Assembly (NCBI GenBank): GCA_937868565.1
Contig: CALMND010000522.1
Location: 1-38,642, forward strand
Source: an uncultured Bacteroidota bacterium
GTDB taxonomy: Bacteria; Bacteroidota; Bacteroidia; B-17B0; Aurantibacillaceae
DNA length: 38,642 bases
Direction: 5' to 3'
Shown here: piece by piece, positions 16,811 to 25,113 of the stretch
Position numbering within the stretch: position 1 is the first letter of the stretch
Layout: each line of letters opens with the position of its first letter
Position numbers and translations under genes: made by a program
Notes under the pieces: generated by a model
What the model saw: only the letters and a program-made list of their open reading frames with translations
What the model was told of the DNA's origin: nothing
The model's database searches: none

Positions 16811-18286
16811 ATGGAGCACTATGATCTCGTAATCATTGGAGGTGGCCCAAGCGGGTATGCTGGAGCTATGCGAGCAATTGATTTTGGTAAACGTATTTTA
16901 TTGGTCGAGAAAAGGAGAATAGGTGGTGCAGGGGTTTATAATGGCGTATTAACTTCGAAAACACTGTGGGAGCAGGCTCTTAAAGCTGCTTCTATTCGTG
17001 AGGTTGTTCCAGGCTATGAACCCAAATTTGATACGTTCTCCAAAATAGTGGACGAAGCAGTCTTTGAACGTAAAACCCAAATGACCGTGCATTTACAGTT
17101 ATTGCAAAAGGCCGAAAATCAATTGTTTTTTTATGAAAAAGGCACCGCTTTTATCATGGACAAACATACCATTAAGATTACCAAAGAAGACGGAAGTTTT
17201 AAGACCGTAGCCACTGACAATATTTTAATAGCCACCGGCAGCAGCCCAAGAAAACCAGTTAATATTAAAGTTGATGAACAAATAATTGTAACAAGTGATG
17301 GCATAAGTAATTTTAAAGATTTTCCGAGAAGCATGGTGGTATTGGGCGCTGGTGTTATTGGTTGCGAGTTTGCAACTATTTTTTCAGCTTTTGGTAAAAC
17401 CAAAGTTTATTTAATAGATAAGGCTGATCGCATTTTACCCTTTGAGGACGAAGATGTTGCCAAAGTTGTTTCAGATAATCTGGAGGCTCACGGAGCGCAC
17501 GTACATCATGGGGCTTCGCTAAAACGCATGGAAGTTGTGAACGGTAAAGTGGAATATGAACTCGAATTTAAAGACGGTCGTACCGAGGTTTTAACAGTTG
17601 AAAAAGCTCTAATTTCTATCGGCCGCGTTCCCAATGCTAGTAACCTGTGGCTCGAAAATCTTGGACTCAAGCTCACAGACCGCGGTGCGATTTGGAACGA
17701 CGATACTCAAACCAATATGAGTAATATTTATGTTGCAGGGGATGTGACTACTGACGTGGCTCTGGTTAACGTTGGAGAACGCGAAGCCCGACATGCTGTG
17801 GTGCGAATGTTTGGCCCCATAGTTAAGCCTTTAAGTTATAAGAATATCAGCACCATTATGTTTCTTAATCCAGAAGTCGCTTCAGTTGGTATGAGTGAAC
17901 AAGAACTTGTTGCAAAGGGGATACCACATAAAGTTGTGAAACTGGATTATACTACAAATGCCAGAGCTATTGCAATGCGAAAGACCAAGGGATTCTTTAA
18001 AATAATTGTTACTAATGACAATGCCATGAGAATTTTAGGAATGCGGGTGGTTGGCGAGCATGCGAGCAGCGCTATCCAGGCTATGGCTTATCTTATTTAT
18101 ACCAATCAGGGCATAAGGGAGCTTGCCGATATGATGCACCCGCACCCTAGCATCATTGAGGGGGTGCAAGAATGTTTGCGAATGTTATTAAATAAGTCTA
18201 TTTACAAACCGTATATTTTTACGGATAGACTTAAGTGTTATGTTTGCGAAAACGGTGTGTGTACGCCTGTCAAAAATCTGGTTTAA
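16811..18286 (+). CDS. Class I pyridine nucleotide-disulfide oxidoreductase family flavoprotein (SthA/Lpd-like, no redox Cys pair)
   Basis: GGGPSG FAD motif, ATGSSP, GAGVIGCEF, IYVAGD, dimerisation domain ending HPHPSIIEG. Confidence 0.88.
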   Translation: MEHYDLVIIGGGPSGYAGAMRAIDFGKRILLVEKRRIGGAGVYNGVLTSKTLWEQALKAASIREVVPGYEPKFDTFSKIVDEAVFERKTQMTVHLQLLQKAENQLFFYEKGTAFIMDKHTIKITKEDGSFKTVATDNILIATGSSPRKPVNIKVDEQIIVTSDGISNFKDFPRSMVVLGAGVIGCEFATIFSAFGKTKVYLIDKADRILPFEDEDVAKVVSDNLEAHGAHVHHGASLKRMEVVNGKVEYELEFKDGRTEVLTVEKALISIGRVPNASNLWLENLGLKLTDRGAIWNDDTQTNMSNIYVAGDVTTDVALVNVGEREARHAVVRMFGPIVKPLSYKNISTIMFLNPEVASVGMSEQELVAKGIPHKVVKLDYTTNARAIAMRKTKGFFKIIVTNDNAMRILGMRVVGEHASSAIQAMAYLIYTNQGIRELADMMHPHPSIIEGVQECLRMLLNKSIYKPYIFTDRLKCYVCENGVCTPVKNLV

Positions 18287-18340
18287 CCCATTCTTTATAG
18301 TATTTTGCATTTTTTAAAAAGTAAGCAAGTAATAATCGCA

Positions 18341-18348
18341 TACCTTTG
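18341..18348 (+). promoter_or_regulatory. -7 element (TACCTTTG) for the sensor kinase
   Basis: Matches TAnnTTTG 5 nt upstream of ATG 18354. Confidence 0.6.
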
Positions 18349-18353
18349 TCGTA

Positions 18354-19904
18354 ATGAATAAACGGCTTTTAGTAATAATAACTTCATCGTTTTCCCTTGC
18401 CCTGCTGGTTCTGATATTGTTTCAAGTTTATTGGATTAATAATGATTTTAGAGTGCGAGAAGATTTGTTTAAAAGCAAAGTAGATGAGGCTCTTAACAAC
18501 ACTTCTGTTAGACTTGAAAAAATGAACCCACGAGGTAATTATAAAAAAATTACCAAACGAACACAAGGTATTGCCTATAGTAAACCCAATATTAAAGAAC
18601 AGAAAGTTGACCCAATCTCTTTTAAGCTGAGCGAAGAGTTGAGCGTTGACAGTAACGGCCATCAAGTGAGTCGTCTAACAACAAAAGACTTATCGGATAC
18701 GACATTAAAAATGGGCGAGTCTGCACTGGGATTTTTGTCAAATATTCGTAAACAACGCTCCACTTTAAAGTCGGCAGAAAACGACTTATTCAAAAATAAT
18801 CAAAAGGAAGTTAGTTTTTTTGACAGGACACTCACAGAGAATTTTTATAATAATTACAATCAAAAAGTTGACACTGTATTATTGGATTCTATTTTAAAAC
18901 AAGAGCTCGTAAAACAAAATATCGGCACGAAATACATTTACTACTTAACTTCTTTGTACCCCGGTAGCCCACATCATAGTGATTTAACACACGCGGAAAA
19001 CATGTCAGACTCACTTGGCGTTGATTACTACAAAGTAAACCTCTCCCCAGCTAATCGCTTTATTGAACCGGAATATCTCATCGTTTGTTTCCCGACACAG
19101 GCTTTAGATGTTTTTAGGCAAATGTGGCCCTTCTTAATAACCTCCGTTATTATCATTCTCATTCTTATTTTTTCGTTTTATTTTATAACGATTAACAATC
19201 TAAGGCAAAAAAAGCTGTCAGATATTAAAAACGATTTTATTAGTAATATGACCCATGAATTCAAAACGCCCATTAGTACCATATCTCTTGCAAGTGAGAT
19301 GCTTGGTGATACTACTATTACACAAACACCCGAGAAACAGCAGCGCTATTTAAAAATGATACGTGATGAAAATAAACGTTTAAGTGTTTTGGTTGAGAGT
19401 ATTTTACAAACCTCCATTTTAGATAAAGGGGAGTTTAAACTAAAATTAAGCCCTGTGGATGTCCATGAAATAATTAATACTGCTATCAACAACACCCAAT
19501 TATTAATCAGCCAGCGCAACGGTTCTGTTTTAACTTTTTTGAAAGCCCAAAAATTTAATTTATCTGCCGACAAGGTTCACTTAACCAACATTATTTTTAA
19601 TTTAATAGACAACGCAATTAAATACTCAAAAGATGTACCGGAAATTATTATTACTACCTACAATACCTCTGAAGGAATTATGATTCAGGTTAAGGATAAT
19701 GGAATTGGCATATCCAAGGAGAATCAGCGTAAGATATTTGATAAGTTCTACCGGGTTCCAACCGGAAATGTTCACAACGTAAAGGGTTTCGGCTTAGGTT
19801 TATCTTATGTTCTTGCTGTTGTTCTTAAGCATAATGGCACCATTTCTGTAAACAGCGAAGTAGGCAAGGGAAGTACATTTAATGTTCATCTCCCAATTTT
19901 ATAA
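18354..19904 (+). CDS. Two-component sensor histidine kinase (RprX-like)
   Basis: Two TMs flanking a periplasmic domain; H-box NMTHEFKTP, N-box NLIDNAIKY, DNGIGI, IFDKFYR, GFGLGL. Confidence 0.93.
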   Translation: MNKRLLVIITSSFSLALLVLILFQVYWINNDFRVREDLFKSKVDEALNNTSVRLEKMNPRGNYKKITKRTQGIAYSKPNIKEQKVDPISFKLSEELSVDSNGHQVSRLTTKDLSDTTLKMGESALGFLSNIRKQRSTLKSAENDLFKNNQKEVSFFDRTLTENFYNNYNQKVDTVLLDSILKQELVKQNIGTKYIYYLTSLYPGSPHHSDLTHAENMSDSLGVDYYKVNLSPANRFIEPEYLIVCFPTQALDVFRQMWPFLITSVIIILILIFSFYFITINNLRQKKLSDIKNDFISNMTHEFKTPISTISLASEMLGDTTITQTPEKQQRYLKMIRDENKRLSVLVESILQTSILDKGEFKLKLSPVDVHEIINTAINNTQLLISQRNGSVLTFLKAQKFNLSADKVHLTNIIFNLIDNAIKYSKDVPEIIITTYNTSEGIMIQVKDNGIGISKENQRKIFDKFYRVPTGNVHNVKGFGLGLSYVLAVVLKHNGTISVNSEVGKGSTFNVHLPIL

Positions 19905-19974
19905 TAAATGTTAAAATTGTTAAAATGGCACGTTAAGTGCTTACCTTTAATAGAAATAATAGCAAATTATTATT

Positions 19975-20676
19975 ATGGAAACTGTTAAAACCAAAATTCT
20001 TTTAGTTGAAGATGATCCAAGTCTGGGCCCATTACTACAAGAGTATCTGCAAGCCAAGGGCTTTGAAACAAAACTAGCCGAAGATGGTAAAAAAGGTAGC
20101 GACTACTTTTTTAAAGGCACGTTTGATTTACTTCTGTTGGATGTTATGATGCCAGTGAAAGACGGCCTTACTTTAGCGAAAGAAATCAGGGTGGTTGATA
20201 AAAACGTTCCTATTATCTTTCTTACTGCAAAAAGCATGAAAGAAGATACTATTGAAGGGTTCAATGCGGGCGCTGACGATTATATTACCAAACCGTTCAG
20301 TATGGAAGAACTGATGGCTCGCGTGACCGCTGTTTTACGGCGTACGAATAAGGTAAGGTCTTCTGGAACTGAAGACGTTAATTTCAAAATTGGTGCTTAC
20401 CAATTCAACTCAGAAAAACAAGTGCTCCAAAATAGTGGAGTAGAACAAAAGCTGACCACAAAAGAAAGTCAGTTGTTAAGACTTTTATGTATTCACAGAA
20501 ACGATGTGTTGGATCGTACGTTTGCACTTAAGTCAATTTGGCACGATGACAATTATTTTAACGGCAGAAGTATGGATGTTTATATTGCCAAACTACGCAA
20601 ATATCTAAAAGATGATACCAAAGTGGAAATTATAAATATCCATGGTAAAGGCTTTAAACTACTCATTAATCAATAG
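19975..20676 (+). CDS. rprY: OmpR/PhoB-family response regulator (RprY-like)
   Basis: LLVEDD, LDVMMP, FLTAK, GADDYITKPF, winged helix 'IWHDDNYFNGRSMDVYIAKLRKYL...IHGKGFKL'. The symbol is assigned by resemblance to Bacteroidota RprY. Confidence 0.85.
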   Translation: METVKTKILLVEDDPSLGPLLQEYLQAKGFETKLAEDGKKGSDYFFKGTFDLLLLDVMMPVKDGLTLAKEIRVVDKNVPIIFLTAKSMKEDTIEGFNAGADDYITKPFSMEELMARVTAVLRRTNKVRSSGTEDVNFKIGAYQFNSEKQVLQNSGVEQKLTTKESQLLRLLCIHRNDVLDRTFALKSIWHDDNYFNGRSMDVYIAKLRKYLKDDTKVEIINIHGKGFKLLINQ

Positions 20677-20874
20677 AACATAGTTTAAGTGTTCTTTTGC
20701 AAAAAGTTCATTTAATTGCAGGTAAACTGCTATTCAATTTGGTGTTTCTTATTTTTTGAAGCACAATGATTTCTTTGAGGGACGTGGTATTGAAATAAAT
20801 CAAAAGAAAAAATTTTATTGGCTTTCGCAACGAACCTTAGCTAAGTAGTTTGGGTTAACATCAGATGTGCAAAT

Positions 20875-20903
20875 GGCTCCCACTATATTTAACCTTGGGA
20901 GCC
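20875..20903 (-). terminator. Stem-loop at the hemA stop (possible terminator or stabilising hairpin)
   Basis: GGCTCCCA-N13-TGGGAGCC perfect 8-bp inverted repeat; U-tract is weak. Confidence 0.45.
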
Positions 20904-22132
20904 TAGTATTTGGTAGAAAGAAAAACTTCTTTTGCTTTTTTAATTACAACCGCATTGTATTTTTTTTCTACGTAGCAAAGCACTTTGTCTAAAACTTCCT
21001 TGCTCGAAAGGTCAAGTGTATTTACTTCTTTAGCAAACACCTCATTTAGGGCTAATTCTTTAATGGCTCTAACTTGTTTTGAAACTTCACCAAAGGCCAA
21101 TTCTATTTTACGTTCCTGTCTCAACAAATTAAAAGCTTTAGCTTTTGCCTTAATAATTTTTTCACATTTAACTATTTCGGCTTTCCTTAATTGCAAATTG
21201 ACTTCTGCTTGGGCTTTTAAAGAAACTATGTCGATGTACTTTACTTGTCTGTTTTTGGCAACAACATCTTCAACATTAGCCGGGATTCCCAAATCAATAA
21301 TAATTTTTTTGGAAGACTCATTATTTAACAACGTGCTAAACACAGTTGCGGTAATGATTGGCTCTTTGCTTGATGTACAAACAACCAATACATCAAAACC
21401 CTCTTTAAATTCATATAGCGCATTTAATCCAAAAGCTCTGCCATTCAATTGTTTTGCAAGTTTCTCGCCATTTATTAATGTCCTATTAAATACGGTGAAG
21501 TTTGCAAATTGATGCTTTTGAAAGTAACCAGCTAAAGAAATATTGGTTTCGCCACTGCCAACGAAAAGAATGCGTGATTCGTTTTTAATCCCTAATTCTC
21601 GCAATTGACGGTAGGCTAAAGAAGCAATCGACACAGGATTTTTGGCAATTTCCGTGGTGGTATATATTTCTTTAGCCGTTTCAATTGTTTGCCGAATTAA
21701 AAGACGTAAAAAATCACCAGTTAATTCTAATTCATTACAAAAATCGTAAGCTTTACGAACCTGTGTAATTATTTCTCTTTCACCAACTACCATTGAGTCG
21801 AGTGAAGAAGCCACGCGCAATACATGTGCAACGGCCATTTCTCCTTCATAAACCTCGGCGGAATCAGCTAAAATCCTGGTATTGGTAACTGACAGACTTG
21901 GATTTAATAAACTTACGCATGTAATAATCGTAGCAGAACTCAATTCATGCTCCGTTCGGAAAAGAAGTTCAACACGGTTGCATGTATTTAGAAAAAGCAA
22001 CTCTGAGAACTGACATCGTAATTTTATCTGAGTGAGAGTTGATTTTAAATCTTCGGCTTTAGGCTGTAGCTTGCCTATTTCTTCTAAAGAAAATTTCGAG
22101 TGTGTGAAGGCTATGACTTTAAGAAAGTGCAA
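20903..22132 (-). CDS. hemA: Glutamyl-tRNA reductase
   Basis: NTCNRVE catalytic motif, SLDSMVVGEREI, VGSGE Rossmann motif, IDLGIPANV; GTG start. Confidence 0.93.
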   Translation of the reverse strand: MHFLKVIAFTHSKFSLEEIGKLQPKAEDLKSTLTQIKLRCQFSELLFLNTCNRVELLFRTEHELSSATIITCVSLLNPSLSVTNTRILADSAEVYEGEMAVAHVLRVASSLDSMVVGEREIITQVRKAYDFCNELELTGDFLRLLIRQTIETAKEIYTTTEIAKNPVSIASLAYRQLRELGIKNESRILFVGSGETNISLAGYFQKHQFANFTVFNRTLINGEKLAKQLNGRAFGLNALYEFKEGFDVLVVCTSSKEPIITATVFSTLLNNESSKKIIIDLGIPANVEDVVAKNRQVKYIDIVSLKAQAEVNLQLRKAEIVKCEKIIKAKAKAFNLLRQERKIELAFGEVSKQVRAIKELALNEVFAKEVNTLDLSSKEVLDKVLCYVEKKYNAVVIKKAKEVFLSTKY

Positions 22133-22164
22133 TTTAATTCCACAAAGATGGGATTAAAATTGAT

Positions 22165-22188
22165 TGACATTGTCATAAAATTGTCATA
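22165..22188. promoter_or_regulatory. Pho-box-like direct repeat plus overlapping palindrome upstream of hemA
   Basis: TTGTCATA at 22170-22177 and 22181-22188 (11-bp period); TGACA-T-TGTCA at 22165-22175. Confidence 0.5.
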
Positions 22189-22212
22189 CAATATTTAATC
22201 GGTAGCACAAAA

Positions 22213-22647
22213 TTAGTCCTCGGTTGGTTCTGGCGCGGCTGTTGGTTTGGCTTTTTTTGCTTTTATTTTTTTAGGCCAAAGAACGTTTATAAGTTCTCCG
22301 TGAACGGATACCATACTTTTACTGATTCCGTTAATAATAGTTACATTTTCGTTACTTTTATTTTTCCAGGTACGTTTCACTTCTTCGTAGCTGTTATCGC
22401 TAAGTAAAATATAAAACCGCACAATAATTCCGTTTTTTACCTCTGCTTTGCCGTTGTTGCATATTGCTTTCGCGCCCTGACGGTTTGTAACAATAACATC
22501 CTCGTATACACCGTCTTTCACATCTTCGGCACCCCGATCCTCAAACTTAACGGCCCATTTATTGTAGCAATTTAACTCAACTTGATTTTCTTGTGAAAAA
22601 CTGCTTAGTGTTAACAGAATTGAAGCGGTGAGAATTAATTTTTTCAT
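22213..22647 (-). CDS. Hypothetical secreted protein (144 aa)
   Basis: Signal peptide MKKLILTASILLTLSSFS|Q. Start revised from 22731 to ATG 22647, supported by the -7 element at 22666-22673. Confidence 0.75.
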   Translation of the reverse strand: MKKLILTASILLTLSSFSQENQVELNCYNKWAVKFEDRGAEDVKDGVYEDVIVTNRQGAKAICNNGKAEVKNGIIVRFYILLSDNSYEEVKRTWKNKSNENVTIINGISKSMVSVHGELINVLWPKKIKAKKAKPTAAPEPTED

Positions 22648-22665
22648 ACGAAGTTTATTGAAAAT

Positions 22666-22673
22666 CAAACCTA
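22666..22673 (-). promoter_or_regulatory. -7 element (TAGGTTTG)
   Basis: Matches TAnnTTTG 18 nt upstream of ATG 22647. Confidence 0.5.
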
Positions 22674-22755
22674 CAAAAAAAAACCAGAAACAAAAAATCA
22701 GATAAATTTTGAACACTATTATAAGTTTCATCTATAATTATTTACTTTGTTGCCC

Positions 22756-24297
22756 ATGTTGGTTAAAACATATGGATATGCTGTCCAGGGAATAAACGCT
22801 ACTCGAGTGACCGTAGAAGTGAGTATGGGCATTGGAGTAAATTTTTATTTGGTGGGCTTGCCTGATAATGCTGTGAAGGAAAGTCAGCAACGCATTGATA
22901 CTGCTTTAAGACAAAACGGATATAAAATTCCGGTTAAGCAAATTACTGTAAATATGGCACCAGCTGATATCAGGAAGGAGGGGTCGGCATACGATCTTAC
23001 TATTGCTATTGGAATTCTCGCATCAAGTGAACAGATGCTTGCCGCCAAAATCTCCGATTATGTTATTATGGGAGAGCTAGCACTAGACGGGGAGATTCGG
23101 CCTATTCGTGGCGCCTTACCAATTGCTATCCATGCCAAACAGGACGGTTTCAAAGGAATTATTCTTCCTTCTTCCAATGCTCAAGAGGCAGCGGTAGTAA
23201 ATGGTCTGGAAGTTCTGTATGCGGATAACATAAAACAAGTTATTGATTTTTTTAATGAAACGGAAAACTTACCCAGAGCGGAGATTAATTTGGATGAAGC
23301 TTTTCTTAATAAGATAGAGAACATTGAATTCGATTTTGCTGATGTTAAAGGTCAGGAAAACATTAAGCGTGCTTTAGAAATTGCAGCTGCGGGCGGCCAT
23401 AATGCAATTCTCATTGGGCCGCCCGGAGCCGGAAAAACCATGTTGAGCAAACGTTTGCCAAGCATCTTGCCTCCACTCACTATTGAAGAAGCATTGGAGA
23501 CAACCAAAATTCACAGCGTTGCAGGCAAAACGGCAAAAAGAGGAACAGGCTTAGTTACGCAACGTCCTTTTCGTACGCCTCACCATACGATCAGCGACAT
23601 TGCATTGGTTGGTGGCGGAAACAATCCTCAGCCCGGCGAGATAAGTTTGGCACATAATGGTGTTTTATTTTTGGACGAGTTGCCCGAGTTTAAAAGAACC
23701 GTTCTGGAGGTAATGCGTCAGCCTATTGAAGACAGAGTGGTTACAATCAGTCGTGCAAAATTTAGTGTAGAGTATCCTGCCAGTTTTATGTTGATTGCGA
23801 GTATGAACCCTTGTCCGTGTGGTTATTATAATCATCCGGAAAAGGAATGTGTTTGTGCGCCGGGGATAGTGCAAAAATATTTAAACAAAATCAGCGGACC
23901 TTTGTTGGATAGAATTGACTTGCATATTGAAGTTACGCCCGTTCCCTTTAGTGAATTAAATAAAGTACAAAACTCAGAAAGAAGCAAAGAAGTCAGGGAC
24001 AGAGTGATTAAAGCCAGAAAAGTTCAAGGAGAGCGTTATAAAAAAGAAAAGCAAATTCATTGTAACGCGCAAATGCGAACCAAGGATTTGAAAGCCTACT
24101 GCGAATTAAGTGAAACGGGAAATACACTTTTGAAGAATGCAATGGAAAAGCTTGGGTTAAGTGCCAGAGCTTACGACCGCATTTTGAAAGTGGCTCGTAC
24201 CATTGCTGATTTGGGCAATTCCCAGAACATTGAAACCGATCACATAGCCGAAGCGATACAATATAGGAGCCTTGACAGAGATGGATGGGCTGGATAA
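22756..24297 (+). CDS. comM: YifB/ComM Mg-chelatase-like AAA+ ATPase
   Basis: VGLPDNAVKES, NMAPADIRKEG, Walker A GPPGAGKT, LAHNGVLFLDE, MNPCPCG, SGPLLDRID, SARAYDRILKVARTIADL. ATG 22756 preferred over TTG 22747. Confidence 0.93.
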   Translation: MLVKTYGYAVQGINATRVTVEVSMGIGVNFYLVGLPDNAVKESQQRIDTALRQNGYKIPVKQITVNMAPADIRKEGSAYDLTIAIGILASSEQMLAAKISDYVIMGELALDGEIRPIRGALPIAIHAKQDGFKGIILPSSNAQEAAVVNGLEVLYADNIKQVIDFFNETENLPRAEINLDEAFLNKIENIEFDFADVKGQENIKRALEIAAAGGHNAILIGPPGAGKTMLSKRLPSILPPLTIEEALETTKIHSVAGKTAKRGTGLVTQRPFRTPHHTISDIALVGGGNNPQPGEISLAHNGVLFLDELPEFKRTVLEVMRQPIEDRVVTISRAKFSVEYPASFMLIASMNPCPCGYYNHPEKECVCAPGIVQKYLNKISGPLLDRIDLHIEVTPVPFSELNKVQNSERSKEVRDRVIKARKVQGERYKKEKQIHCNAQMRTKDLKAYCELSETGNTLLKNAMEKLGLSARAYDRILKVARTIADLGNSQNIETDHIAEAIQYRSLDRDGWAG

Positions 24298-24361
24298 AGA
24301 AAAGAGAAAGAATGAATGGAATGATTAACTTTATTTCTTATTCCACTTTTTAAATAAATTA

Positions 24362-25051
24362 ATGACTAAATATTACTTTTTTTTTCTTGTCTTTTTTGCT
24401 TTGTCCTGTAAGAAAAAAGGAACTGTAAGTGGTTATGTGGTTCATGCGATTACTGGCGAAGAGATGAAGAATGTCCCAATTTCTGTTTACCGTACGGTGA
24501 ACAGTTCCAGATTGTTTGCCGGATCCAATATAGAAGCGCTTAGTAATTCTACAACTGATAATAGCGGGCGAGTTAATTTTAATTTAACCTATAAAAAGAA
24601 AGAAGTGTATTTCATTGGGATACCAAATGCCTTTTCAAGCAAGTTGGGATTTCCCACCGACACGGGCGCTTCATTTATTGAAAATTACTGGCTTAACTTG
24701 AGCGAATTTAACAGCGACCTGAGTAACAAAGTAACCATTGATGACCAGTCATTTTTTAACGTCGTATTTAAGGTAATTCCTGCAGCATGTTTGATTATTA
24801 AATTTAAAGACATTCCTCCTCTTAACAACAACCAAATATTTGATTTGACCATCAATGGAATAGACCCACAAAACGGAATCATGGGTATTTATGATACTAC
24901 GGGGCGGGCATATAGTGTTCCTATGCCAAAAGAAGAAATTGTCAAAGTCAGGTGGCGTTTAAACAATTACCTTACTAGTTCGGTTGCGGATGGAACAGAT
25001 AGTGTGCGCATAGAGCCTTTTAAAAAGTCATATATAACTATAAGATATTAA
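24362..25051 (+). CDS. Hypothetical lipoprotein
   Basis: Lipobox FALSC|KKK; N-terminal domain 'VSGYVVHAITGEEMKNVPI...TTDNSG' resembles a carboxypeptidase-regulatory-like beta-sandwich. Confidence 0.7.
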   Translation: MTKYYFFFLVFFALSCKKKGTVSGYVVHAITGEEMKNVPISVYRTVNSSRLFAGSNIEALSNSTTDNSGRVNFNLTYKKKEVYFIGIPNAFSSKLGFPTDTGASFIENYWLNLSEFNSDLSNKVTIDDQSFFNVVFKVIPAACLIIKFKDIPPLNNNQIFDLTINGIDPQNGIMGIYDTTGRAYSVPMPKEEIVKVRWRLNNYLTSSVADGTDSVRIEPFKKSYITIRY

Positions 25052-25072
25052 TTTTTTAACTAAAACGAATTT

Positions 25073-25080
25073 TACTTTTG
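25073..25080 (+). promoter_or_regulatory. -7 element (TACTTTTG) for holA
   Basis: Matches TAnnTTTG 33 nt upstream of the TTG start. Confidence 0.55.
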
Positions 25081-25113
25081 TTGTGTTAAAATTTAAACAA
25101 GAAGCAAATAAAT

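Noticed and set aside
20677-20874. ~200-nt convergent gap between rprY and hemA as a possible sRNA
   Set aside because: No convincing promoter-terminator pair or known RNA motif visible.
20985-21512. 175-aa plus-strand ORF
   Set aside because: Entirely antisense to hemA; typical shadow ORF.
22648-22731. Phe-rich N-terminal extension of the 172-aa ORF
   Set aside because: Translates a T-rich promoter region containing a -7 element; ATG 22647 gives a canonical signal peptide.
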